Assembly (NCBI GenBank): GCA_964531465.1
Contig: CAZHEC010000005.1
Location: forward strand, 1-17,826
Direction: 5' to 3'
From: an uncultured Nitrososphaeria archaeon
GTDB taxonomy: Archaea; Thermoproteota; Nitrososphaeria_A; Caldarchaeales; Wolframiiraptoraceae
Length of the DNA stretch: 17,826 nucleotides
The notes beneath the pieces were generated by a model that ran no database searches, was not told the origin of the DNA, and worked only from the letters and a program-made list of their open reading frames with translations. Positions 1-6,595 of the stretch are shown here, one piece after another (position 1 is the first letter of the stretch; every line of letters starts with the position of its first letter). The position numbers and the translations under genes were made by a program.

Positions 1-412
1 CCACGCTTACCCCCATGCTAACGCAGGTTCCGAGAACCTGCTTCACGGCAGCCTTCAGGGTTTTAGCCCTCATGTCATTCCTCTTGAGCCTCGCTATCTT
101 GACGACCTGCTCCATACTCAGGTTCCCAACCATCTCCCTTCCAGGAGCGCCTGACCCCTTCTCGACCCCAGCCTCCTTAACTATCAGGGCAGCAGTAGTA
201 GGTGTTCCCACATTAACCCTGAACTGCTTCGTCTCCGTGTCGATTACGACCTCCACCGGAACCCTCATACCCCTAAACTCTTGGGTGACCCTGTTTATCT
301 CCTCGACTATCTGGAGGACGTTTACTCCGAGTGGTCCGAGGGCAGGGCCTATTGGCGGGCCGGCGTTAGCCTCCCCTCCTGGAACTAGGAACCTTAGCGA
401 TTTCTCGGGCAT
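1..412 (-). CDS. rpl11: 50S ribosomal protein L11 (uL11), N-terminal ~137 aa; the 3' end runs off the window
   Basis: Absent from the supplied ORF track because no stop lies inside the window. Minus-strand ATG at 412..410, 1 nt after the spt5 stop (414..416). My translation is MPEKSLRFLVPGGEANAGPPIGPALGPLGVNVLQIVEEINRVTQEFRGMRVPVEVVIDTETKQFRVNVGTPTTAALIVKEAG..., which carries the GPPIGPALGP signature of uL11. It sits in the conserved archaeal secE-spt5-rpl11 position. Confidence 0.9.
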   Translation of the reverse strand, partial: MPEKSLRFLVPGGEANAGPPIGPALGPLGVNVLQIVEEINRVTQEFRGMRVPVEVVIDTETKQFRVNVGTPTTAALIVKEAGVEKGSGAPGREMVGNLSMEQVVKIARLKRNDMRAKTLKAAVKQVLGTCVSMGVSV

Positions 413-413
413 A

Positions 414-884
414 CTACCTCACCTCACTTGACTGTTTCATAACCCTTACCTGGTCTGCGGGGACGGATATTGGGAGGGGGAATGCTGCGTCGCTAGGCTC
501 TATGGTTACCTCGTTCTTGGGCCTATCTATCCTGATTACCTTGCCGCTTATTCCCTGGAGGGGGCCGGAGATTATCTCCACTACATCCCCCATGTTGATG
601 GTCTCTATCATGGGTCTCTCGACTAGGTGTGGTATTAGCTCCTTCATCTCAACAGGCATGACCGGCCTAGCCTTAACATGCCTTATTCCTTGAGTTAGTA
701 GGGAGACCTTCTCCTTGCTCTCGGCCTCCACGAAGATGTAGCCCTTGATGGCTGGGAGGAAGAGGATTGAGTGCACGTCCCTGTCCTCAGGCCCTATCCT
801 GGCCTCAATTATCCTAACCACGTTCCTCTCCTGCCCAACCGTTACCTTAACCGCGAAGAACCTCGTCCTCCTGGCCTCCGACAA
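414..884 (-). CDS. spt5: Transcription elongation factor Spt5 (archaeal NusG): NGN plus KOW domains
   Basis: 156 aa. The N-terminal FAVKVTVGQERNV...GYIFVEA is NGN-like and the C-terminal GDVVEIISGPLQGISGKVIRID is a KOW motif. The apparent start is TTG at 884..882, directly after a GGAGG. It lies between secE and rpl11 as in other archaea. Confidence 0.9.
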   Translation of the reverse strand: MSEARRTRFFAVKVTVGQERNVVRIIEARIGPEDRDVHSILFLPAIKGYIFVEAESKEKVSLLTQGIRHVKARPVMPVEMKELIPHLVERPMIETINMGDVVEIISGPLQGISGKVIRIDRPKNEVTIEPSDAAFPLPISVPADQVRVMKQSSEVR

Positions 885-898
885 CCTCCAACACCACG

Positions 899-1069
899 CT
901 ACAGGCTCTGTAATGCGAGTGCGAGGAACCTTATAATAAAGGCTATCAGCCCTATGACCGAGACCCCGAGCAGGGTAATCCTGAGAGCCAGCATGAACTC
1001 CCTTCTAGTAGGCTTCCTAGCGAGCCTAAACAGGGTTACAGTCGATTTTAGGAAGTCTCTAAGACCCAT
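899..1069 (-). CDS. secE: Preprotein translocase subunit SecE / Sec61-gamma (56 aa, single C-terminal TM helix)
   Basis: Below the 60-aa cutoff of the ORF track; found by hand. ATG at 1069..1067 and TAG at 901..899. Translation is MGLRDFLKSTVTLFRLARKPTRREFMLALRITLLGVSVIGLIAFIIRFLALALQSL. The (K/R)KPTR.EF motif followed by one hydrophobic helix is typical archaeal SecE, and it sits immediately upstream of spt5. Confidence 0.8.
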   Translation of the reverse strand: MGLRDFLKSTVTLFRLARKPTRREFMLALRITLLGVSVIGLIAFIIRFLALALQSL

Positions 1070-1095
1070 TCCACGGCCTCACGTGGCAGCCAACC

Positions 1096-1102
1096 ATATA
1101 AG
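1096..1102 (-). promoter_or_regulatory. TATA-like box (CTTATAT on the minus strand) for a secE-spt5-rpl11 transcript
   Basis: It lies about 29 nt upstream of the secE ATG, consistent with a leaderless mRNA. It directly abuts the stop codon of the upstream permease gene (1105..1107). Confidence 0.35.
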
Positions 1103-1104
1103 GG

Positions 1105-1914
1105 TTACCCCCTAATACCTCCATAGGCGAGTATCCTCGTCAAGTATCTCTGGAAGACTATTGCTATGACTAGTATTGGGAGCGTAGCTATCGTAGCTGC
1201 AGCCGATATGGCCTCCCAGTTTACTCCCTGAGCCTCCCTCATGCCTGCTATTCGGACCGGGAGGGTCATGACCTCGGTCTTGGAGAGGACTAGGGCGAAC
1301 ATGAACTCTGTCCACGACCAGATGAAGACGAAGAGGGCGGTAACGACTATGCCTGGAGCTATAAGGGGGATGACGACGTGCCTTAGGACGCCCAGCCTAC
1401 CGCATCCATCTATGGCTGCAGCATCCTCCAGGTCTTTGGGAAGCTCCGAGACGAATCCACGTATCATCCAGACTGCGAAGGGGAGACCTATGGTTAAGTG
1501 AGGCAGAATTATGGCCGCGTATGTGTCGAGGAGGCCGAGCCTCTGCATAAGCAGGTAATATGGAACTATGACGACCACTCCTGGCAGGAACTTTATCGAG
1601 AGTATCCAGAAGGGGAGGGTGTCCCCGCCAACCTTAAACCTTGCGAAACTATATCCGGAGAAGATGGCGAGGATGCTTGAGATTACGGCCACCGCACCGG
1701 CTATAATCACTGTGTTCATCATGGGCTTGTAGACCTCGGGGATAGCCTCACCCCAATACTGGAGGTCCGGGTTAAGCGTGAAGAAAGATGGCGGATAAGT
1801 CATCAGCTCCTCCCTCGGCAGAATAGACGTCAATATCATCCAGTATATCGGGAAGAGCGCTATAACTAGGGCGACGAGATACAGCGCTCCATAGATTACG
1901 GTCCTGGCCCTCAT
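1105..1914 (-). CDS. ABC sugar importer permease, MalG-like (CUT1 family)
   Basis: 269 aa with multiple TM helices. EAA loop: LEDAAAIDGCGRLGVLRHVVIPLIAPG. Its ATG overlaps the upstream permease stop as ATGA (1911..1914). Confidence 0.85.
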   Translation of the reverse strand: MRARTVIYGALYLVALVIALFPIYWMILTSILPREELMTYPPSFFTLNPDLQYWGEAIPEVYKPMMNTVIIAGAVAVISSILAIFSGYSFARFKVGGDTLPFWILSIKFLPGVVVIVPYYLLMQRLGLLDTYAAIILPHLTIGLPFAVWMIRGFVSELPKDLEDAAAIDGCGRLGVLRHVVIPLIAPGIVVTALFVFIWSWTEFMFALVLSKTEVMTLPVRIAGMREAQGVNWEAISAAATIATLPILVIAIVFQRYLTRILAYGGIRG

Positions 1915-2783
1915 GCCCTAATCACCCTAACCAGCAGGGTTAAGATTACCGAGAGCAGTATCACGATTATCCAGCCCATGGCAGCGGAGTATCCCAGCTC
2001 AAAGTATCTGAACCCAGCTATGAAGGCATAGAAAGTAACTATCTCCGAAGAGGTTCCCGGGCCGCCATAAGTCAGAACATAGACCACATCGAAGGCCCTC
2101 AGCATCTCCAAGACACGTATCAGTATGGCTACGAGTAGGACGGGTTTTAGAAGTGGCAGGATTATATGTATAAAGAGCCTGAGGCCGCTGGCCCCATCAA
2201 CCTTGGCACTCTCAACAACCTCCTGCGGGAGGGAGAGGAGGCCTGCATAGGTTATGAGCATTATGAAGGGCGTCCACTGCCACGAGTCGATGAGTATCAG
2301 GGTTAGGAGGGAGTATTGGGCGCTGTTCACCCACCCTATCCCCTCAACCCCCATGAGGGAGAGAATGTAATTCACGGGGCCTGCGGTTGGGTGGAAGAGG
2401 AGCCTCCCGGTCCAGCCCACGGCTACGGGTATAACCATTGAGGGCAGTATTAAGGCTGTAACGAGCGCCCTCCGCTTTGTTAGGCTAAAGAGTAGGATGG
2501 CCACACCTAGGCCTGCGCCAAGCTGTATTGCTATACCTAGACCAATGTAGTATGCTGTTCTCAGCAGGGCGTCATGAAAACGGGAGTCATCGAATATTCT
2601 GAGGAAGTTGCCTAGTCCTATGAAGGGGTAGTCCTCGCCTGGATTGAGCCTCATCCTAAGGTCGGCGTTCCTGAACGCCACGTTAAGCGAGTAGACCAGA
2701 GGGTAGACTACGACCACCAGGAGGACGAGAATCGTGGGGAGAATTAGTGCCCATGCATAAAGCCTTCTAGAGGCTTTCACCAT
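1911..2783 (-). CDS. ABC sugar importer permease, MalF-like (CUT1 family)
   Basis: 290 aa polytopic membrane protein. EAA loop: VVESAKVDGASGLRLFIHIILPLLKP. It is translationally coupled to the downstream permease. Confidence 0.85.
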   Translation of the reverse strand: MVKASRRLYAWALILPTILVLLVVVVYPLVYSLNVAFRNADLRMRLNPGEDYPFIGLGNFLRIFDDSRFHDALLRTAYYIGLGIAIQLGAGLGVAILLFSLTKRRALVTALILPSMVIPVAVGWTGRLLFHPTAGPVNYILSLMGVEGIGWVNSAQYSLLTLILIDSWQWTPFIMLITYAGLLSLPQEVVESAKVDGASGLRLFIHIILPLLKPVLLVAILIRVLEMLRAFDVVYVLTYGGPGTSSEIVTFYAFIAGFRYFELGYSAAMGWIIVILLSVILTLLVRVIRA

Positions 2784-2812
2784 AACCTCTCACATGGGGT
2801 TGGGATATTCAG

Positions 2813-2847
2813 AATAAAAAGATTTGTGGAGAGCTTAAACGCTCTCC
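2813..2847 (-). terminator. Intra-operon stem-loop plus oligo-T tract directly after the binding-protein gene (attenuating terminator or mRNA stabiliser; the T-tract could alternatively be an internal TATA box)
   Basis: The minus strand reads TAG-GAGAGC-GTTTAA-GCTCTCC, a 7-bp perfect stem (GGAGAGC/GCTCTCC, using the G of the stop codon) with a 6-nt loop at 2828..2847. It is followed by ACAAATCTTTTTATTC, with the T5 run at 2813..2821. Confidence 0.35.
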
Positions 2848-4424
2848 TAACCTATTAGCTCCCACATCTTACGGTAGAATTCCTTCTGCTTGTCCCTTCC
2901 AAGCTTATCGGTTATCTGCTCCCACTCCTTGGCTACGCCGTCGAGGGCCTCCTTTGCCGACGCTATCTCACCTGCAAGATACTTCGATATTCCCAGGTCG
3001 AGCTTGTCGAGGTATTCGAAGGCTCCAGGTATCTTGAGCAGCGGGAAGCCTTTCTCGAGGGCGACTGCGTATGCATCGAGCAGTGGGACGGCGTGGGGCT
3101 TCTGCTTCCTGAACCTGTAGCTATGGACGTGAGAGTATCTATAGGGGTCGAGGCCCGTGTCGGGCATGAAGTCGGTTGGAGCCATAACGTTCTCGAGGCT
3201 TGCCTCCGGCCCCGTGATGAACTTTATGACCGTGTATGCGGCCTCAGGGTTCTTGGAGCCCTTGACTACCGAGACGACCCATGCGGCATCCACTATCGTG
3301 TACTGGTAGAGCTTCCCATCTTTCTCCACTCCAGGTATCATGGCAACACCTAGCTGGGGCTTAGGCGGGTTCTCAACCGGGAGGGGTGCAAGCTCATCAG
3401 ACCTCTTCCCCTCATCGGGCCAATGTATCCACATCCCTATGATACCCTCCTTCATAGCAGCAGTGAACAGCTCATCCCATTCGAATCCGAGCACGCCGGG
3501 CGGCGCCAGGTCCTTAGATCTCTTGAGGACCTCCAGGGCCTCTACGGCTGCGTCGGTGTTGATCAGCGGCTCCATGGTGTCTCTGTCGAAGTAGTCTCCC
3601 TGGCCATTCCTTGCGGCAGCCACGTATGGGACGTACCTGAAGAGGTACCAGTAGTAGCTTCTCCCCCTCCTGAGCTGGTCGGCTATGCCGAAGAAGTCCT
3701 TGGTGAGGGTGCTTCCAGCAAGCTTCTCACCCTTCTTCCTGGTGAAGAACTCGGCGATCTCCAGGGCCTCCTCCCACGTCCTTGGAACAGTTAGCTCCCT
3801 ACCATACTGGGACTTGAAGTTATCCCTCTCCTCCGGGTGGTCGAAGAGGTCCTTACGGTAGTATAGGAAGAAGGTGTCTCCGTCGAGGGTTAGGGAGTAG
3901 ACCTTGCCTGCCCAAGTGTTCTGGAAGTTTCGGTAGCCACTGATTATGTCTCCCCAGCCTGGGTCTCCCTCGGGCTTGCTCATGAACTCGTCTAGAGGCT
4001 GGATGAAGGGTTCGAAGTCCCCTATCCATGCAGAGTTCCACTGGATTATATCGTATTCGGGTGGCGAGGCCTGGATTCCGAGGAGGGCCTTGGAGTAGAT
4101 GTCCTCAGGCGGGGTCTCCACAATCTCAAGCTCGATACCCCACCTATCCTTAATCACCTGGCTCCACTTCTTCCACGGAGTCGCCTGATGCCCCGAGTGA
4201 ACCAGCGCCGTAATCTTCACGCCCTCGAAGGGCCTCGGAGGACCTGCAGTAACCGTCTGGGTAACGGTCTGGGTCTGAACGACGGTCTCGGTTCTAACCT
4301 CAGGCGGAGCGACCTCCGTAGGCTTCAGAGACCATCCCACGGCAGCACCCACGGCGAGGCCTGCAACAGCTCCTCCAACACCTGCCAGAAACTCCCTCCT
4401 ACTAGTTCCTTTCTTCTCAGTCAT
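2847..4424 (-). CDS. Extracellular solute-binding protein of a CUT1 sugar ABC transporter, with a twin-arginine signal/anchor and a Thr/Gln-rich linker
   Basis: 525 aa. The N-terminus TSRREFLAGVGGAVAGLAVGAAVG matches the S/T-R-R-x-F-L Tat motif plus an h-region. A TETVVQTQTVTQTVT linker follows. The body has family-1 SBP features (FFLYYRKDLF, WNSAWIGDF). It is the first gene of the operon with the two permeases. Confidence 0.8.
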   Translation of the reverse strand: MTEKKGTSRREFLAGVGGAVAGLAVGAAVGWSLKPTEVAPPEVRTETVVQTQTVTQTVTAGPPRPFEGVKITALVHSGHQATPWKKWSQVIKDRWGIELEIVETPPEDIYSKALLGIQASPPEYDIIQWNSAWIGDFEPFIQPLDEFMSKPEGDPGWGDIISGYRNFQNTWAGKVYSLTLDGDTFFLYYRKDLFDHPEERDNFKSQYGRELTVPRTWEEALEIAEFFTRKKGEKLAGSTLTKDFFGIADQLRRGRSYYWYLFRYVPYVAAARNGQGDYFDRDTMEPLINTDAAVEALEVLKRSKDLAPPGVLGFEWDELFTAAMKEGIIGMWIHWPDEGKRSDELAPLPVENPPKPQLGVAMIPGVEKDGKLYQYTIVDAAWVVSVVKGSKNPEAAYTVIKFITGPEASLENVMAPTDFMPDTGLDPYRYSHVHSYRFRKQKPHAVPLLDAYAVALEKGFPLLKIPGAFEYLDKLDLGISKYLAGEIASAKEALDGVAKEWEQITDKLGRDKQKEFYRKMWELIG

Positions 4425-4448
4425 ACGCCTAGGTTCTCTTTATAGGGG

Positions 4449-4456
4449 TTTATAAG
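4449..4456 (-). promoter_or_regulatory. TATA-like box (CTTATAAA on the minus strand) for the ABC operon
   Basis: Centred about 28 nt upstream of the binding-protein ATG (4424), implying a leaderless or near-leaderless mRNA. Confidence 0.35.
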
Positions 4457-4484
4457 ATTTTGCAACACGATACTGGAAGAGACG

Positions 4485-4491
4485 TTTTTAC
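4485..4491 (+). promoter_or_regulatory. TATA-like box (TTTTTAC) for the wHTH/ATP-cone gene
   Basis: Centred about 28 nt upstream of the ATG at 4516. No Shine-Dalgarno-like sequence beyond a G-run. Confidence 0.3.
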
Positions 4492-4515
4492 GGGGTTTGT
4501 TCATGTTGTTGGGGG

Positions 4516-6219
4516 ATGGGCGGCCTGGAGGATATACTCGACTCGGTTGCTTCTCCCCAGAGATTGGGGATGCTTAGGGCCCTTAAGAGCAGGGAGCTCA
4601 GCTACACGGAGCTTCTTGAAAGTGCTGGGATGGATAAGGTGAGGGATGCGGGCAGGTTCACATATCATCTTAAGAAGCTTCTCTCAGCTGGGCTAGTGGA
4701 GTCCGATGAGGGTTCCCGCAGGTATAGGCTTACCCAGAAGGGGAGACTCCTATTAGAACACTTGGAGAGGATGGAGAAGGAGCTAGGTTCCAGGGCCATG
4801 ATGATAGTTAGGAGAAGCCAGCATATAATAGAGCCATTCGATAGAAGTAAGATAGCCAGCGCTCTTGTGAGGGAGGCCGGGCTCACTCCGAAGCTTGCGG
4901 AGGAGGTGGCCATCATGGCTGAGGAGAAGCTGAAGGGACTTAAGGTGGGCTATCTGACAGCCTCCCTGATACGTGAGCTAGTCAATTCTATTCTCCTCGA
5001 CATGGGGCTTGAAGAGTATAGGCATAAGCTCACGAGAGTTGGTATGCCTGTATATGATGTCTCGAGGCTCTTGAAGGCCGTCGAGAACTCTGGGACGCCG
5101 TGGATATTCGTTGATAAGACCTCTGGAGCGGTCTCCAGAGAGTATCTAACCCTGAATTTCCTGCCAAGGGATGTGGCGGAGTCCCATCTCTCGGGAAGAA
5201 TAGACCTGCACGGCCTCGGGGGATGGCTGACGTCAATTTACGGAGTCATAATAAGAAATGATGTGATGGAGGACCTTGACAAGGTTCTATGGACGAGGAG
5301 AGAGCTTCTATTGGAGAGGCCGAGTAAGAACCTTCACAACTTAAGCATCCTACAGAATATACTCCACCCAGAGACACGGATAGCCCTTAAGCTGGACGAC
5401 CACACACTAATTACAAGGCTAGAAAACATCCAACGTTCAAGGATGCTGGTCATGATTGATGCAGCCTCGCCTCCACAAGCCTCCCTACATAAGGTTGACG
5501 AAATCATTAGGAGAAGCGGTCTTAGACCAGTTTACTACTCTGGGGACGTCGTTCTTCCCTCTGGATACTCCGTGGATGAGGGCATAATACACTCTATCTC
5601 ATCGCTTAATATTCCCTCGGCAGTCCTTGAGTCTAATAGAAGTCCAGGCGAGACCATAGAGCATGTTAGGGAGCTTGCCCAGCTTGCATCTCAAGCCGTA
5701 TCAAGGGCGCTCAGATTATATCGGAGGCTTTATGGGGTGAGGGTCTCGGGGGCAGTCGCTCTATGCGGTCTCTACGAGTCTGCGAGGCATCTAACAGGCT
5801 CTCCTCCCTCGGTATCCAACGAGTCCAGGTCCATGATGATGGAGATAATCGAGGCTGCATCCCAGGGTGTTAGGAAAGGCTCTGGCGGGGAGCCGGTGTA
5901 TCTGGTGGCTAAGGCGCCTAAGAGTGCTGCGGTGAGGATGGTTAAAGCCGACTCTTACAGGTTCGGCGGAAGAGAGGTCTCAAGGTTCACGGGCGTAGAG
6001 AGGAGGGAGTATAGCTGGACACCTATACCTCCCTGGGAGAGATTCAGAAGCCTCGAAGACAGACTCGCACTAGAGCTTGAGATTGCAGATAGGTTCAACG
6101 GTGGCTACTTCATGCTCTTCTCGAAGAGCAGGAGAGCCAGGATTCTGGAGAAGTTGTCGGAGATTATGGAGGATATGCCCGATAGGGGGAGGCCGACGTT
6201 CTCCCTAGCCTTCCAGTAA
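4516..6219 (+). CDS. Fusion protein: ArsR-like winged-helix DNA-binding domain + ATP-cone + truncated, Cys-poor anaerobic ribonucleotide reductase (NrdD)-like domain; putative nucleotide-sensing regulator
   Basis: 567 aa. Residues ~15-90 (RLGMLRALKSRELSYTELLESAG...FTYHLKKLLSAGLVES...YRLTQKGR) form a wHTH. Residues ~95-175 (MMIVRRSQHIIEPFDRSKIASAL...LTASLIRELVNSILLDMGLEEYRHKL) form an ATP-cone. Residues ~180-567 keep NrdD-like landmarks in order (AESHLSGRIDLHGL; GAVALCGLYES; VAKAPKSAAVRMVKADSYRFG; EYSWTPIP...NGGYFMLF). The protein ends before any Zn-Cys4 or glycyl-radical motif and contains a single Cys. Confidence 0.65.
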   Translation: MGGLEDILDSVASPQRLGMLRALKSRELSYTELLESAGMDKVRDAGRFTYHLKKLLSAGLVESDEGSRRYRLTQKGRLLLEHLERMEKELGSRAMMIVRRSQHIIEPFDRSKIASALVREAGLTPKLAEEVAIMAEEKLKGLKVGYLTASLIRELVNSILLDMGLEEYRHKLTRVGMPVYDVSRLLKAVENSGTPWIFVDKTSGAVSREYLTLNFLPRDVAESHLSGRIDLHGLGGWLTSIYGVIIRNDVMEDLDKVLWTRRELLLERPSKNLHNLSILQNILHPETRIALKLDDHTLITRLENIQRSRMLVMIDAASPPQASLHKVDEIIRRSGLRPVYYSGDVVLPSGYSVDEGIIHSISSLNIPSAVLESNRSPGETIEHVRELAQLASQAVSRALRLYRRLYGVRVSGAVALCGLYESARHLTGSPPSVSNESRSMMMEIIEAASQGVRKGSGGEPVYLVAKAPKSAAVRMVKADSYRFGGREVSRFTGVERREYSWTPIPPWERFRSLEDRLALELEIADRFNGGYFMLFSKSRRARILEKLSEIMEDMPDRGRPTFSLAFQ

Positions 6220-6220
6220 G

Positions 6221-6595
6221 TCATCTCTTTCGAGACCTTAGAAGCATGATGGCTTTAGCAAGGTCTCCGCCAGTATCTTTAAGGGCCTGCGCAGCCTCCT
6301 CCTCACTTACACCAGCCTGTGTAGCCACGAGGAGTATGTCGTCCTGGGATGGCTCATATGCCTCCTCGGAGACCGTCTCGGGAGCCCGCTCCTCGGTCTC
6401 CCCGCCTATGACCTGCAGTATCTTCTCACCCTCTATCTTCATCTCAACTATGTTTGGGCCACGGATCACTATCTCCCTGTTCTCGAACCTGACCACGACT
6501 TCCTCAGCCTGCCCAAGCTCCTTCAAGTCTAATCCCAAGTTCCCTAGAAGTCTTGACTGCATCCTCCTAAGCTGTCTTGGCGAGAGCTTCCTCAA
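6221..6595 (-). CDS. nac: Nascent polypeptide-associated complex protein (archaeal NAC; NAC plus UBA domains)
   Basis: 124 aa. LSPRQLRRMQSRLLGNLGLDLKEL...VVVRFENREIVIRGPNIVEMKIEGEKILQV is a NAC domain. The C-terminal DDILLVATQAGVSEEEAAQALKDTGGDLAKAIMLL is UBA-like. The apparent TTG start at 6595 overlaps the upstream stop (TTGA). Confidence 0.85.
   Translation of the reverse strand: MRKLSPRQLRRMQSRLLGNLGLDLKELGQAEEVVVRFENREIVIRGPNIVEMKIEGEKILQVIGGETEERAPETVSEEAYEPSQDDILLVATQAGVSEEEAAQALKDTGGDLAKAIMLLRSRKR

Noticed and set aside
15-431. 138-aa plus-strand ORF at the left edge
   Set aside because: It is the antisense shadow of the uL11 coding sequence. The translation is low-complexity (Pro/Thr/Ser/Leu-rich) with no recognisable motif, whereas the opposite strand gives a clean uL11.
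771-1115. 114-aa plus-strand ORF (and 745..936) spanning spt5/secE
   Set aside because: It is antisense to two well-supported genes. Its Pro/Arg-rich composition is typical of reverse-frame translation in GC-rich coding DNA.
4251-4292. Imperfect tandem DNA repeat (aaccgtctgggt / aacggtctgggt / ...gacggtctcggt)
   Set aside because: It is the coding sequence, in antisense view, of the Thr/Gln-rich TQTQTVTQTVT linker of the binding protein. It is not a CRISPR, a regulatory repeat or a mobile-element end.
2890-4445. Series of 60-123-aa plus-strand ORFs inside the binding-protein gene (2890..3120, 3093..3353, 3340..3594, 3423..3794, 4188..4445) and the minus-strand 3853..4041
   Set aside because: All lie within, or out of frame with, the 525-aa SBP gene. 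They are Ser/Pro/Arg/Gly-rich and show no domain signatures.
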